Positions 26,002 through 35,570 of a stretch of 64,000 bases of DNA are shown in pieces (position 1 is the stretch's first letter; the number at the start of each line of letters is the position of its first letter). Below the pieces are notes generated by a model. That model was not told where the DNA came from, did not search any database, and was given only the letters and a program-made list of their open reading frames with translations. This stretch comes from Candidatus Latescibacterota bacterium (GTDB lineage: Bacteria > Latescibacterota > UBA2968 > UBA8231). The translations under genes and the position numbers were made by a program. The stretch spans positions 3,040,001 through 3,104,000 of the forward strand of contig OZ244561.1 of assembly GCA_965217585.1 (NCBI GenBank), written 5' to 3'.

Positions 26002-27729
26002 TTAGCCTCTTGTTGGTTGTAGGTTCAACAACACCAAAAGCCACGTTCGGTGCCAGTAGGCCGTATTGATATACGGATTGTCCGCCGACGGCCAGTTGGT
26101 CCAGTAGGTTTGGTTGTGTGGCAAGCGGTGGTAAAATTGCAGCAAGGGTACGGCTGGCATCTCGCGCAGCCAAATCGCCAACGCCTCTTTGAACAGGCCC
26201 ACCAAGCGCGGATCGTCGGGTGCGGTCTGTCCCATCTGATCGACGAGTGCGTCATATTCGGGATTTTTCCAGCGCCAGAAGTTCGGCGTCGCCGTGCCCG
26301 TCGGCTGGACGAAGCGACTGTGGTAGAGCCGCAGCGTAAAGTACGGGTCGCGCACCGAGCCGCCGTTGCCAAAGATATAGGTCTTGGCTGCGCCCGTGGT
26401 CATCCGCGTGTAGTTGTCTGAGGTCATCCGCATGTTGGCCGCAAAGCCGGCCCGCTGCAATTGTTCGACTAGGATCGGCCCGATGTCTTGGAAGGTCTGG
26501 CTGATGTCGAGCAGAATCCTAGCCTGTGCCCCGTCCCGCGTCCAGATGCCTTCGGCGTCCCGCTGCCACCCAGACTCCTGCATCAGGGCCGCGCTGCGGG
26601 CCGGATCGAACAGGCCCACCGGATATTGTTCCAGCAAATCCGGGACTTGGGTCGTGTAGTGCCTGAGCCGTGGAAAGTCGGGAAACGGCAACAGGGTTGG
26701 CCGCCCTGCCCCCTGCCAGCCAACCTCTACTAATTGCTCGCGGTTGATGGCGTGGTTTACGGCCCAGCGGAAGGCCGGCTCGTCGTAGGGCGACTCTTGG
26801 GTGTTGAAGCCCAGCGAAATAGGCCACCAGTCCAGATACCCATAGGGCGGCTCTTGGCCACTCCAAGTCGTTACATTGGGGTTTTGGTCTAGAATCGTGC
26901 GGATGTTGGGCGGCAGCATGTCGGCGCACAGGTCCATGGCATTGGTAGCGAGGTTCTGGACCTGTTTGGCCTCCTCCATATAGGGCAGGTAGATCAGCCG
27001 CTCGACTTGCGGCGGCTGGCGGAAGCCGATCTTGGTGGCCCACCAGCCTGCGCGCCGATCCCATATCCGCTGCTCTGGCACGGAGTGCGCCAAGCGGTAC
27101 GGACCGCTTACGACGGGCCAGCCCCGTGCCAGATCGAAGTTGGCGAAGGTCTTGGGGTCTTGGCCCTCCCAGATGTGCCGGGGCACAATTGGCACGCCAT
27201 TGTCGAAGTTATGGGTGAAATACGTGAAGACGAAGCGCGGGTTGGGGGCCGTCAGCGCAATGCGCGCCGTTAGGCTGTCGCTGGCCACGGCCGTTTTTAC
27301 CCAGGTTTGCATATCGACCGCAAAGGTCAGTTCCGGCGCATTGTCTCGGAGCATGTTGATCGTAAAGACCACGTCGTGCGCCGTCCACGGCTGCCCGTCG
27401 CTCCACTCGACCCCGGGCCGAATTTTTATGGTGACTTCGGTATAGTCTGTATTGTACTCGTGTCCGGTGGCGATCCAGGGGATGATCTCGTCGCGATAGG
27501 CGTTGTAAAAGTAGAGCGGCTCGTAGAGGAAGTTATACCCCGTGCGCGAGACTTTGCCGGGCAGGTAGGGGTTAAAGGCGTCGTAGTCCTGGAACTGGCC
27601 GCTGCACGTGCCCTGATCGACGCAGTCAGTGATCAAGGTGCGCTCGCGCGGCACGTGTTGTAGGCTACCTTCGCCGCTACAAGCGGCGCAGACCAAAGCG
27701 AGGATTAGCGAGAAAGTAGGGCGCGTCAA
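26002..27729 (-). CDS. family-5 ABC substrate-binding lipoprotein (paralog of 24232-26001)
   Basis: AGGAGG RBS before TTG at 27729; lipobox AAC; IRPGVEWSDGQPWTAHDVVFT. Confidence 0.88.
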   Translation of the reverse strand: MTRPTFSLILALVCAACSGEGSLQHVPRERTLITDCVDQGTCSGQFQDYDAFNPYLPGKVSRTGYNFLYEPLYFYNAYRDEIIPWIATGHEYNTDYTEVTIKIRPGVEWSDGQPWTAHDVVFTINMLRDNAPELTFAVDMQTWVKTAVASDSLTARIALTAPNPRFVFTYFTHNFDNGVPIVPRHIWEGQDPKTFANFDLARGWPVVSGPYRLAHSVPEQRIWDRRAGWWATKIGFRQPPQVERLIYLPYMEEAKQVQNLATNAMDLCADMLPPNIRTILDQNPNVTTWSGQEPPYGYLDWWPISLGFNTQESPYDEPAFRWAVNHAINREQLVEVGWQGAGRPTLLPFPDFPRLRHYTTQVPDLLEQYPVGLFDPARSAALMQESGWQRDAEGIWTRDGAQARILLDISQTFQDIGPILVEQLQRAGFAANMRMTSDNYTRMTTGAAKTYIFGNGGSVRDPYFTLRLYHSRFVQPTGTATPNFWRWKNPEYDALVDQMGQTAPDDPRLVGLFKEALAIWLREMPAVPLLQFYHRLPHNQTYWTNWPSADNPYINTAYWHRTWLLVLLNLQPTRG

Positions 27730-27964
27730 AACTCCTCCTTTTTGCGGTGGTCGCCAAAACGTATCAACGCGCGTTGGGAGGGTCAACCAACGAAGCTCGA
27801 CTTTATCCATTCACGTATGGGTCGACAGCAACACTTGTTTCGGTTAGGCCGAAACCGAGCCTTCTCCGTGCTTGTGTTTTATATCGACGGCACGGAGGTC
27901 TCAAAAGACGGCGATGTCTCAGAGACCTTCGTGCCGCCGGTTCTGCTTCAGACTTGGGGATTCA

Positions 27965-29950
27965 TCAAGCAGTATTTCGAGCCGGTTCGTCGCGATACCG
28001 TGCGGGAAGGGCTGTACTAAGGCTCATTGACGAAAATACGAAGTGTAAAGGTGGCCGAGCCGTTTGAGGCCGTCGCGGTAAGGCTAGCTGTCTCAGGTAT
28101 TGTGAAACACCTCGGTCAGGAGCCGTCCAACTGAATGAGTGGAGGAATCTTGTCGCTCCAGAAGGCAGTGAATATGAGTAGCTAGTGCTGCCGACTGCAC
28201 CCGTTGGGAAGGGGAACGTGTAGCTTATTGTTTCCCCTACGTCGATATGGCGGGTTGCTGTGTTCGGCTCAAAGCGTATGCCCGTAGACGCTGTCAATGT
28301 ATTGACGACCGTGGCGCTGCCCCAGTTGGACCACGAGCCGCCAGCCGGTCGCGTGCGGCGGATGCGCCACTCGTAGGGTGCCGCCGAGACCGGCGTCTGC
28401 CGCGACGAGGACCAGCCGGAGGGGATCCCGCTGGCGGTGGCGCTAAACGAAGGCGCATTGCTGCCGGACGCACTGATCTGGTAGGCCGACTGCGTCTCGG
28501 GCGGCGACGGGTAGGTGGAGACGACCGTGGCGCTACCCCAGTTGGACCACGAGCCGCCCGCCGACCGCGTGCGGCTAATACGCCATTCGTAGGGTGCCGT
28601 CGAAATAGGCGTCTGCCGCGACGAGGACCAGCCGGAGGGGATCCCGCTGGCAGTCGCGCTAAACGAAGGCGCATTGCTGCCGGACGCACTGATCTGGTAG
28701 GCCGACTGCGTCTCGGGCGGCAGCGTCCCCGCCGTGGCCGACTCGATAAACGAGACCGCCCGCGCCGTCGTCCCCGACAGCGCCCGCACTTGGAACTGGT
28801 AGCTGACCCCATTAGTCAGTTCCGAAACCGTCTGTGGGGTTGTCCTGCTGGTGGATACTTCCTGCCAGTCGCCCCACATGGCGCTGGCTGCCGTCTTATA
28901 GCGATACTGCCACGCCAGCCCAGCGTAATCTGGCTGATCCCACGACAGCGCTACCCAATTCGCGCCCGATTCGGTCTGCGTCCGCAACGGCACCAGGGCT
29001 ATCGCCTCGGATGCCCTACCCGCCACGCCATTCAAATTGACCGCCCGCGTCCGAAACTGATGCACCATCCCACGGTCCAGTCCCCCTACCCGATGCGTCG
29101 TCTGTTCGCCGGAAACCGTCGATGACACCGACGACCACGCCGTCGACGAACCGCTCTTGATCTCAGCCTGCAACCGCAGCGGGGCCACCGACCACACCGA
29201 CGAGGGGGTGCAAAACCCATAGTTGGGACACGTCCAGTTGGCCACCAGTCCCACGGACTCGTCGTCCAACACCAGCCCGGCTAAGCCCGGCGCATCCGCT
29301 TGGACAATCGCCCCGTCCGTCGGGAACTCCTCCGACCACAACCCAGCGCCCGCTACGTTTTGGGCGCGTACCCGGTAGCGGTAGCGATACCCCGGATGCA
29401 AGGGGTAGCCCGCCGCGTCATTGCGGTGGGTGTAGAAGGAGTTTGCGTGGTAGACCGTTGCCTGATCGACGTAATCTGACCACCTCGTGCGCCCGGTCAG
29501 TACCCGCTGGTATTGCACCTGATACTTAGACACCGCCGGCGTGGCCGATACGGAGTCCCAACCAACCGTGATTTGATTTACCCCCGCCATCGCCAACAGT
29601 CCCGCCGTCGGCTTCGGCGGCACCTGCCCTTCCTGCACCGGCGCGGTCCCTGCGCTTTGGGCGTACGGATATACATCGTCTTCCGCTTGGTAGCGCACCG
29701 TCGCCCGGAGCTGCCAGCCCTCATCCCCCTCATCCCCAGAGCCCTCATCCCTGGCCTCTGGCGTGTAGGCCGAGTTCGTCGCCGAAGTAATGTCCGTCCA
29801 CGCCCCGTTATCCCGCCGCCGCTGCCACTGTGCACCTGTTATGGTCACATCCAAGTCCGGCAGCGTCGCCGTTATCTCCTTCCCCGCGTACGGGATCGTC
29901 GGATCCAGCGTTACCCTCGCGCCGCATTTACTCAAAGTGACATTCGTCAT
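27965..29950 (-). CDS. fibronectin type III domain surface protein (probable distal part of a broken gene)
   Basis: FN3 patterns YRYRVRAQNVAGAGLWS and LTNGVSYQFQVRA; Ig-like WQRR..SAYTP; two 72-aa repeats; no signal peptide. Confidence 0.75.
   Translation of the reverse strand: MTNVTLSKCGARVTLDPTIPYAGKEITATLPDLDVTITGAQWQRRRDNGAWTDITSATNSAYTPEARDEGSGDEGDEGWQLRATVRYQAEDDVYPYAQSAGTAPVQEGQVPPKPTAGLLAMAGVNQITVGWDSVSATPAVSKYQVQYQRVLTGRTRWSDYVDQATVYHANSFYTHRNDAAGYPLHPGYRYRYRVRAQNVAGAGLWSEEFPTDGAIVQADAPGLAGLVLDDESVGLVANWTCPNYGFCTPSSVWSVAPLRLQAEIKSGSSTAWSSVSSTVSGEQTTHRVGGLDRGMVHQFRTRAVNLNGVAGRASEAIALVPLRTQTESGANWVALSWDQPDYAGLAWQYRYKTAASAMWGDWQEVSTSRTTPQTVSELTNGVSYQFQVRALSGTTARAVSFIESATAGTLPPETQSAYQISASGSNAPSFSATASGIPSGWSSSRQTPISTAPYEWRISRTRSAGGSWSNWGSATVVSTYPSPPETQSAYQISASGSNAPSFSATASGIPSGWSSSRQTPVSAAPYEWRIRRTRPAGGSWSNWGSATVVNTLTASTGIRFEPNTATRHIDVGETISYTFPFPTGAVGSTSYSYSLPSGATRFLHSFSWTAPDRGVSQYLRQLALPRRPQTARPPLHFVFSSMSLSTALPARYRDEPARNTA
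28304..28721 (-). repeat. two tandem 216-bp (72-aa) repeats
   Basis: PPETQSAYQISASGSNAPSFSATASGIPSGWSSSRQTP..PYEWRI.RTR.AGGSWSNWGSATVV occurs twice. Confidence 0.92.
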
Positions 29951-31267
29951 AGTGACGGTACGATGGTCAACCTCGCCTTGTGCTTTAGCCTGTCTCCTCC
30001 ATTGCCCTTAATGGTCAGGTCGCCAGCGACAGAGACCATGCCTGTATCCCAGGACGGAACCCCGTCCCCCCAGGTCTCCTTCATCCATGTCACCTCTTTA
30101 CCGGGCTGCTCAATATCCCCCGCCCAGTAATTAAGTTGGATGTCTAAGGTCAGCTCGTCATCGTCATTGCCGCGTCGGATGTCGGTCAGGGCCACGCCCA
30201 GGTTGCCCGGATCCAGGTTCCGACCTATGTCCGCATCCCAGTGGACCTCTTGGCGGAGGCCGGTGTCGGCGGTGTGCGCGTACACCGCGTTGACCGTCGG
30301 CTGGGCATAAGAAGGGGAAGTGCTTTCACCATACAGAGGGTACACGTCCGCCGATACAGGGAACGGATCCGAGAGTTGGTCTTGGTATTCGGGCACCTGG
30401 AAATCCGCCTCTTGATCGCGTGCGTTCCGGATGCGACGCCCGTCAGCCACAATCAGCACCGGCCGCTCCGCATGGGTGCGACGCCAGATCAACAGGCCCG
30501 GATCTTGGTCCTCATACTCGTAGAAGGAGATATAGCGACCAAAACTATTATTGCTACGCCGTTCAAGTAAAAGGATGTCATGAGCTATCCTTGGATCCGT
30601 TGGATGAATGCGCGTTCCCGTATCAATCATGTACACCGACCCCAGCGCTAGGGGGTAGTCGTTCTGAGACGCGGTTATCTCGGTCGGATCCAGCCAGCCC
30701 AAGTCCATCCGGTAAGATGGGTTGATCGGCACCGGACAGGAGCTATAGGCCCGGGACAAGCCTCTAGTCGTGTCCGCCTGTTCCGGTCCCTCTCGCCCGC
30801 CCTGCATCAACCCCCAGCCCACAAAATTGGCACCCTCCGCATTGGTCTCCGTCTCCTCTGCCCGTGGCATGTGGGGATTCTCGCCCGTCCACTCGCCATC
30901 ACCATGGTCAAGGCCCAGTAGATGACCGATCTCGTGTACATGAAGGCCGATCCCGGCGAATTCATCAATCGTGTGGTTGTTGTTGCCAAAGCCCTCGCGC
31001 CCCATCACGTAGCGGTAGCCGACGTCAGACTTTTCAGTCGGATTAGCCTCTGTAGTTTTATCCGCCTGCGGATGCAGCAGTGTTGTGGTATTTTCGTCGG
31101 TAAATGTGGCCCCCGAATACAGATAGACCACCTTGCGGCGCACTAGGCGCTGCCAAGAGAAGTTGTCGGAGTTGGGTAGGTCGGCTATGGAGTACCTTTC
31201 TATGTTCGCATTCCAAGACTGCACCGAGTCCCACGCCGCCTTATAGGCTTCGTTCCAGAAGCGGTTT
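29947..31267 (-). pseudogene. M6 (immune inhibitor A)-like zinc metalloprotease, 5'-truncated by IS1595
   Basis: HEIGHLLGLDH, WGLMQGG, LGWLDP; frame stays open up to the IS end at 31268. Confidence 0.75.
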
Positions 31268-31273
31268 GGCTCA

Positions 31274-32220
31274 TTATGGATTGCAGGGAGCTATTCCCAG
31301 AATGCCTTTAATGAGGCCTTCCAGGAGCGCTTTGCCCCTTTTTCTCCTGTTATGAACGAATTCAAAAAAGCCCAGATATAGCGGGAGTTTTTCCTGCGAG
31401 ATCCCTCGGTGCGGTCTCAACCAAGAACGTAACAAAGACCAGAAACCTTCTATGGTATTGACATGCACTTCACAAAAGCCATCTTGATCGTCATCCCGTG
31501 CGAATTCACCCTGGCCATGATGAACCACGGCATGGGCATAGCCCCAAGCTTCCAGCCGTCCGTAGATGTTGTACTCATCGGTATAAATGAGCGTGTCCGG
31601 GATAAGAGCCTTTTTAATCAGCGGCTCCATGGTTTTTTGCTGGACATTCTCCAGCCTCTGAATGCACACATCCCCCCCGCGTTGAATCAGGCCCAAGATC
31701 GGCGGTTTTTCTCTGGCTAAGGTGCCACGTCCTCGACCGCCTTTGAGTCGATTGCGTCGTCCTTTTCGTCCTTTTTTTTCACCGCGGTAGGATACCCCTT
31801 ATGACCGGCCACAATATAGACTTCATCGCACTCGACTTCACCATCAAGCGAAGCGGGCTCCTGCTGGGCGACGAGGCCTTGCCGCAGGTGCGTGGTCATG
31901 TGCTGCGCATCCTCTTTATTCAATCCCAGTTCCTGGGCCATTTGCCGGTTAGACCGATTTAAGCCCATGAAATACAGACCCAGAATCCAAACCCGTAACG
32001 GCTGGTGGTGACCCGCTAACACGGTGCCCGTCAAATCATCAAAGTCCCGAGCACAGCCGTGGCATCGGTCGCGTTGGCGATGGGGCTGCGTGTCCTCAAA
32101 GCCCCGCTTGATAAGCCGAGCCGAACCACCGTGCGGACAGAAAATACCATCGGACCAGCGCACGTCGCGAACCGTTTCAAAGCATTTGGCATCATCGATG
32201 AGATTTTGGATATTGACCAT
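31274..32220 (-). CDS. IS1595 transposase, two ORFs joined by a -1 shift at G-A8-G (31771-31780)
   Basis: Zn ribbon (degenerate CPHG), VECDEVY, then GRGRGT..YTDEY..HVNTIEGFWS in the -1 frame. Confidence 0.8.
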
Positions 32221-32283
32221 TGTGAAAAGCCAGATTGGAAGGCAAGGAAAAAGAGCGCACAGCACCAAGATAAGCCGTTGGGA

Positions 32284-33544
32284 CAGGGCAATCGCACCAA
32301 AAATTGAGATTTGTCATAGGGTTATGTTATATTTTCTGTGTCTTTTTCGATAGCGCTGGTGCGCTGCTTCTCTCCCCTTCTCTTGGAACGTTTCCCCATG
32401 GCACCTTCGGCTGATTCACTGATTGAACATTTTTCCCAGGTACCCGATCCCCGTATCGAGCGCAGCCAAAGGCATCGTCTCATCGATATTGTGGTCATTG
32501 CCGTGTGTGGCGCGATCTGCGGGGCCGACAACTGGGTGCATATCGCTGAGTTTGGGCGATCCAAATACGACTGGCTAAAAACCTTTCTGGCGTTGCCCAA
32601 TGGCATTCCTTCCCATGACACCTTCGGCCGCGTCTTCGCCCGGATCTCGCCCGAGCATTTCCAGGACTGTTTCAGTGCTTGGGTCCAATCCCTCCTCCCC
32701 AAGCTTGAGGAAGAGATTGTGCCTATTGATGGCAAAACGTTGCGCCACTCTTATGACCGAACCTCGGGTAAAGCAGCCGTACATATGGTCAATGCCTGGG
32801 CGGTGAAAAACCGACTGGTGTTAGGCCAGTTCCACTGTGAAGGCGGTCTGGACGAGATCACCCTCATTCCCGAACTGCTGCGTGTGCTGGCGCTCAAAGG
32901 CTGCATCGTCACCGTCGATGCCATCGGCTGCCACAAAAGCGTGGCCGAACAGGTCATCGACCGGCAAGGCGACTACGTACTGGCCGTCAAGGCTAATCAG
33001 CCCAAGCTGTTGCATCATCTGCGTCAGGTCTTCGACCGAGGGGAGCCTCAACTGCATCAGGATCTATCGGTCGACATGTTTGAGACCTACGATGAAAACC
33101 ACGGCCGCATTGAGACCCGCCGGTACTGGACCACCGATCAGGTCGACGCTTTTGCCGATGGGACCGCTTGGAAGGGCTTAGGCTTGTTCGGTATGGTTGA
33201 AGCCCAGCGACAGGTAGGCGATCAAGTCTCCGTGGAACGACGCTACTATATCTCCAGCCTGGACAACGATGCCCAGCGGTTTGGTGAAGCGGTGCGTAGT
33301 CATTGGAGCATTGAAAATTCCTTGCACTGGATACTGGATGTGGTCTTCCGTGAAGATGACTCACGGGTACGCACCGGCCATGCCCCGGAAAATATGGCCC
33401 TCCTGCGACAGATTGCCGTGAGTCTGCTCCAGCAAGAGAAGACGGCCAAGGTCGGCGTCCAGACCAAACGGCTCAAGGCCGGATGGGATAACACCTATTT
33501 GGCTAAAGTATTGTCCGCTGGGCACTTTTGATGCGATTGCCCTG
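32284..33544 (+). mobile_element. ISAs1-family IS, copy 2
   Basis: TIR CAGGGCAATCGCA(C/T)CAAAA; 10-bp TSD GCCGTTGGGA at 32274-32283 and 33545-33554. Confidence 0.95.
32398..33531 (+). CDS. ISAs1 transposase
   Basis: Same motifs as 11458-12597; diverged paralog. Confidence 0.95.
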   Translation: MAPSADSLIEHFSQVPDPRIERSQRHRLIDIVVIAVCGAICGADNWVHIAEFGRSKYDWLKTFLALPNGIPSHDTFGRVFARISPEHFQDCFSAWVQSLLPKLEEEIVPIDGKTLRHSYDRTSGKAAVHMVNAWAVKNRLVLGQFHCEGGLDEITLIPELLRVLALKGCIVTVDAIGCHKSVAEQVIDRQGDYVLAVKANQPKLLHHLRQVFDRGEPQLHQDLSVDMFETYDENHGRIETRRYWTTDQVDAFADGTAWKGLGLFGMVEAQRQVGDQVSVERRYYISSLDNDAQRFGEAVRSHWSIENSLHWILDVVFREDDSRVRTGHAPENMALLRQIAVSLLQQEKTAKVGVQTKRLKAGWDNTYLAKVLSAGHF

Positions 33545-33969
33545 GCCGTTGGGATTACCCTTTCAAGACAACTCCCCGGAATCCATAATGAGCCTAAATA
33601 TTTCCCCCCACCCTATAGCCTTGGGTGTCCACGTCCATTCCTCATCAACATCGTCATCCTCGGCTCTCTGCCCTTCATCATAAAATTCCTCCCTATCGAA
33701 ATTGATCCATGGTAGGGCCACTAATGCGCCACCATTTTTATATCGGAAGATCCCTCCGACAATCCGACCACCATGGCGTGTAACTACAACTGGTCTAAAA
33801 GAATCTGATTCCTCCATATGGACATGATATTCGCTCTCATTGCCGAACTGCTGCCAGTATCCCCTCAGAAGATCTTCACCTGGATGCAGTCTCATCGAGC
33901 CCCCTTTGGATTCAACAATCTTTGTCGAAAACGGGAGCAAGTCATAGTTGGACAGAGGGCACACTCTAT

Positions 33970-35129
33970 TAAGTAGGTGACAAAAAGTTCGTTTACACCA
34001 GGTTTATGACTTCAGCCAGAAATTATCAGCGTAGACGCCGGCTTTTTGCAATCGCTCCTGCGGCCTCAGTTGCCAGATATACTGGCATGCCCTATCGGCG
34101 GACTCATCGATGGAGGCGGTGGGTTGGTTGGCCAACCCGCGTCCTTTCACCCAACGCCATAAATGATCCATCGCATTCAACTCCGGGGTGGCCCGCGGTA
34201 ATAGACGAATTTCCATATTCAGGTCGGCCGCCAACCGCAAACTGCCTTCCGCTTTATGAGGCGAGCCCCGATCTTCAAAGAGGACGATCTGCCATCCGCG
34301 CCAGTGGGCGCGTATGAGACGCAGAAAAATCTGGTGGGTATCTTGCGTCCATTCCTGCGAAATCAGCAGCGCGACCTCGCCACTTTTGATGTTAAGCGCG
34401 CCGTGCAGAATCCGTTTGGCGCGCTGGCCGGTGATCGGCACCTGCACCGGTTGGCCACGGTGCCCATAACAACTATACAACGGCGGCGTTTCGGTGAGAA
34501 TGACTTCATCCAGCATGAGGATTACGGTGCGTTTCCGCGTCGCCAGCCCCTTTTTAACCCGCCTTTGGCTTGCCGCCAAGTCGGCGAGCGCAAGGACAAG
34601 GTATGCCGAGGCCGTTTCCATTTAATATCTAATCGAACCAGCGCTTGGCGGATACTAGACACCGAAACGCAGAGGGTATGCTCTGCGTGTAGATACTGCG
34701 CCAATAACGACGCGGTCCATACCGTTGAATTGAGGCCGAAAAGACGAGGATCGTGATCGATGACTTCGTCTAGCAGGGGCTCAATCACGCCTTTTACTTT
34801 ACCCGGTCGTCCACTGCGGGGGGCGGCTTGAAGGCGCGTCGCCAGATTCGAGATCGACGATTGCTCAAACAGCCGGATCCATTTATAGATGGCTTGACGC
34901 GTAACACACAGGCGTTGAGCAACATGAGTTACCGAATCGCCCGCCGCCACCCAAAGCAGGGCTTGCGCTCGACGTAAGACCATCGCATCCGGGGTTTGGA
35001 CGACCAAAGCCTCCAACAAGCGGCGCTCGCGGCGGGGAAGGGAAAACGGAGTCATAAGCGGCCTCCGGGCATACAACTAAGTTTAGAGGGCAAGGGAAAA
35101 GTGTCAACGGACTTTTTGTTAACTACTTA
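33970..35129 (-). mobile_element. IS630-family IS (coordinates include both TA copies)
   Basis: TIR AGTAG(G/T)T(G/A)ACAAAAAGT(T/C)CGTT(T/G)ACAC; TA duplication. Confidence 0.92.
34004..35055 (-). CDS. IS630 transposase, two ORFs with a -1 shift near TTAAAAAGGGG (~34547-34557)
   Basis: HTH ORF with PRSGRP; DDE ORF with MLDE, EDRGSPH, PELNAMDHLW. Confidence 0.85.
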
Positions 35130-35570
35130 GTAGTTGTGCTGATTAGATCTATGCCAGAATCTTCTTCTCCGCCGGTGTTTACGTAAACTTTTTTACGGTC
35201 ACTCATTATCATGAACACTGTCTTGCCGATTTTTTTAAAATAATTCAACTCCCTACGCCAGTGGTTTATCACTTCTTGGAGCCGAAAGGATGAAGAATCT
35301 GAAAGTCGTGGCTTGCCTTTATACTCTTGACTGGAATGGTAGTATCCAAAGTCTGGACAGAATAGAACAAAGTCAGCGTCTAAAAGCGAAGTCTTTGAAT
35401 TGAACTCGACACATTCTCCGAGTCCTCCTGGAATCTCACAGCCTACTGTCAAAATATTTTTCATTATTCTCAACCTCGTATACACTCAATCCGACGATCA
35501 CCTTTAACGAACCGAAACGGAATGCTATCATCAGCGCAGTTCTTGAAACTCACGAGGTGAAGTAAAGTAA

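Larger units (their letters stand above)
31268..33594 (-). mobile_element. IS1595-family IS carrying a nested ISAs1
   Basis: Imperfect 25-bp TIR GGCTCATTATGGATTgCaGGGAGcT / GGCTCATTATGGATTcCgGGGAGtT; flanks differ (no TSD). Confidence 0.88.
33595..35464 (-). pseudogene. hypothetical gene split by IS630 and 3'-truncated by IS1595
   Basis: Removing IS630 gives in-frame ...DLISTTT|NRVCPLSNYDLL...; ORF runs into the IS1595 TIR. Confidence 0.75.

Noticed and set aside
27742-28020. 92-aa + strand ORF with a TWGFIK-like motif
   Set aside because: No good start or RBS; overlaps hairpins and the SBP upstream region; at most a remnant
28021-28095. GGCTCATTGACG.. as another IS end
   Set aside because: Only 8 nt match the IS1595 TIR; no partner repeat or transposase found
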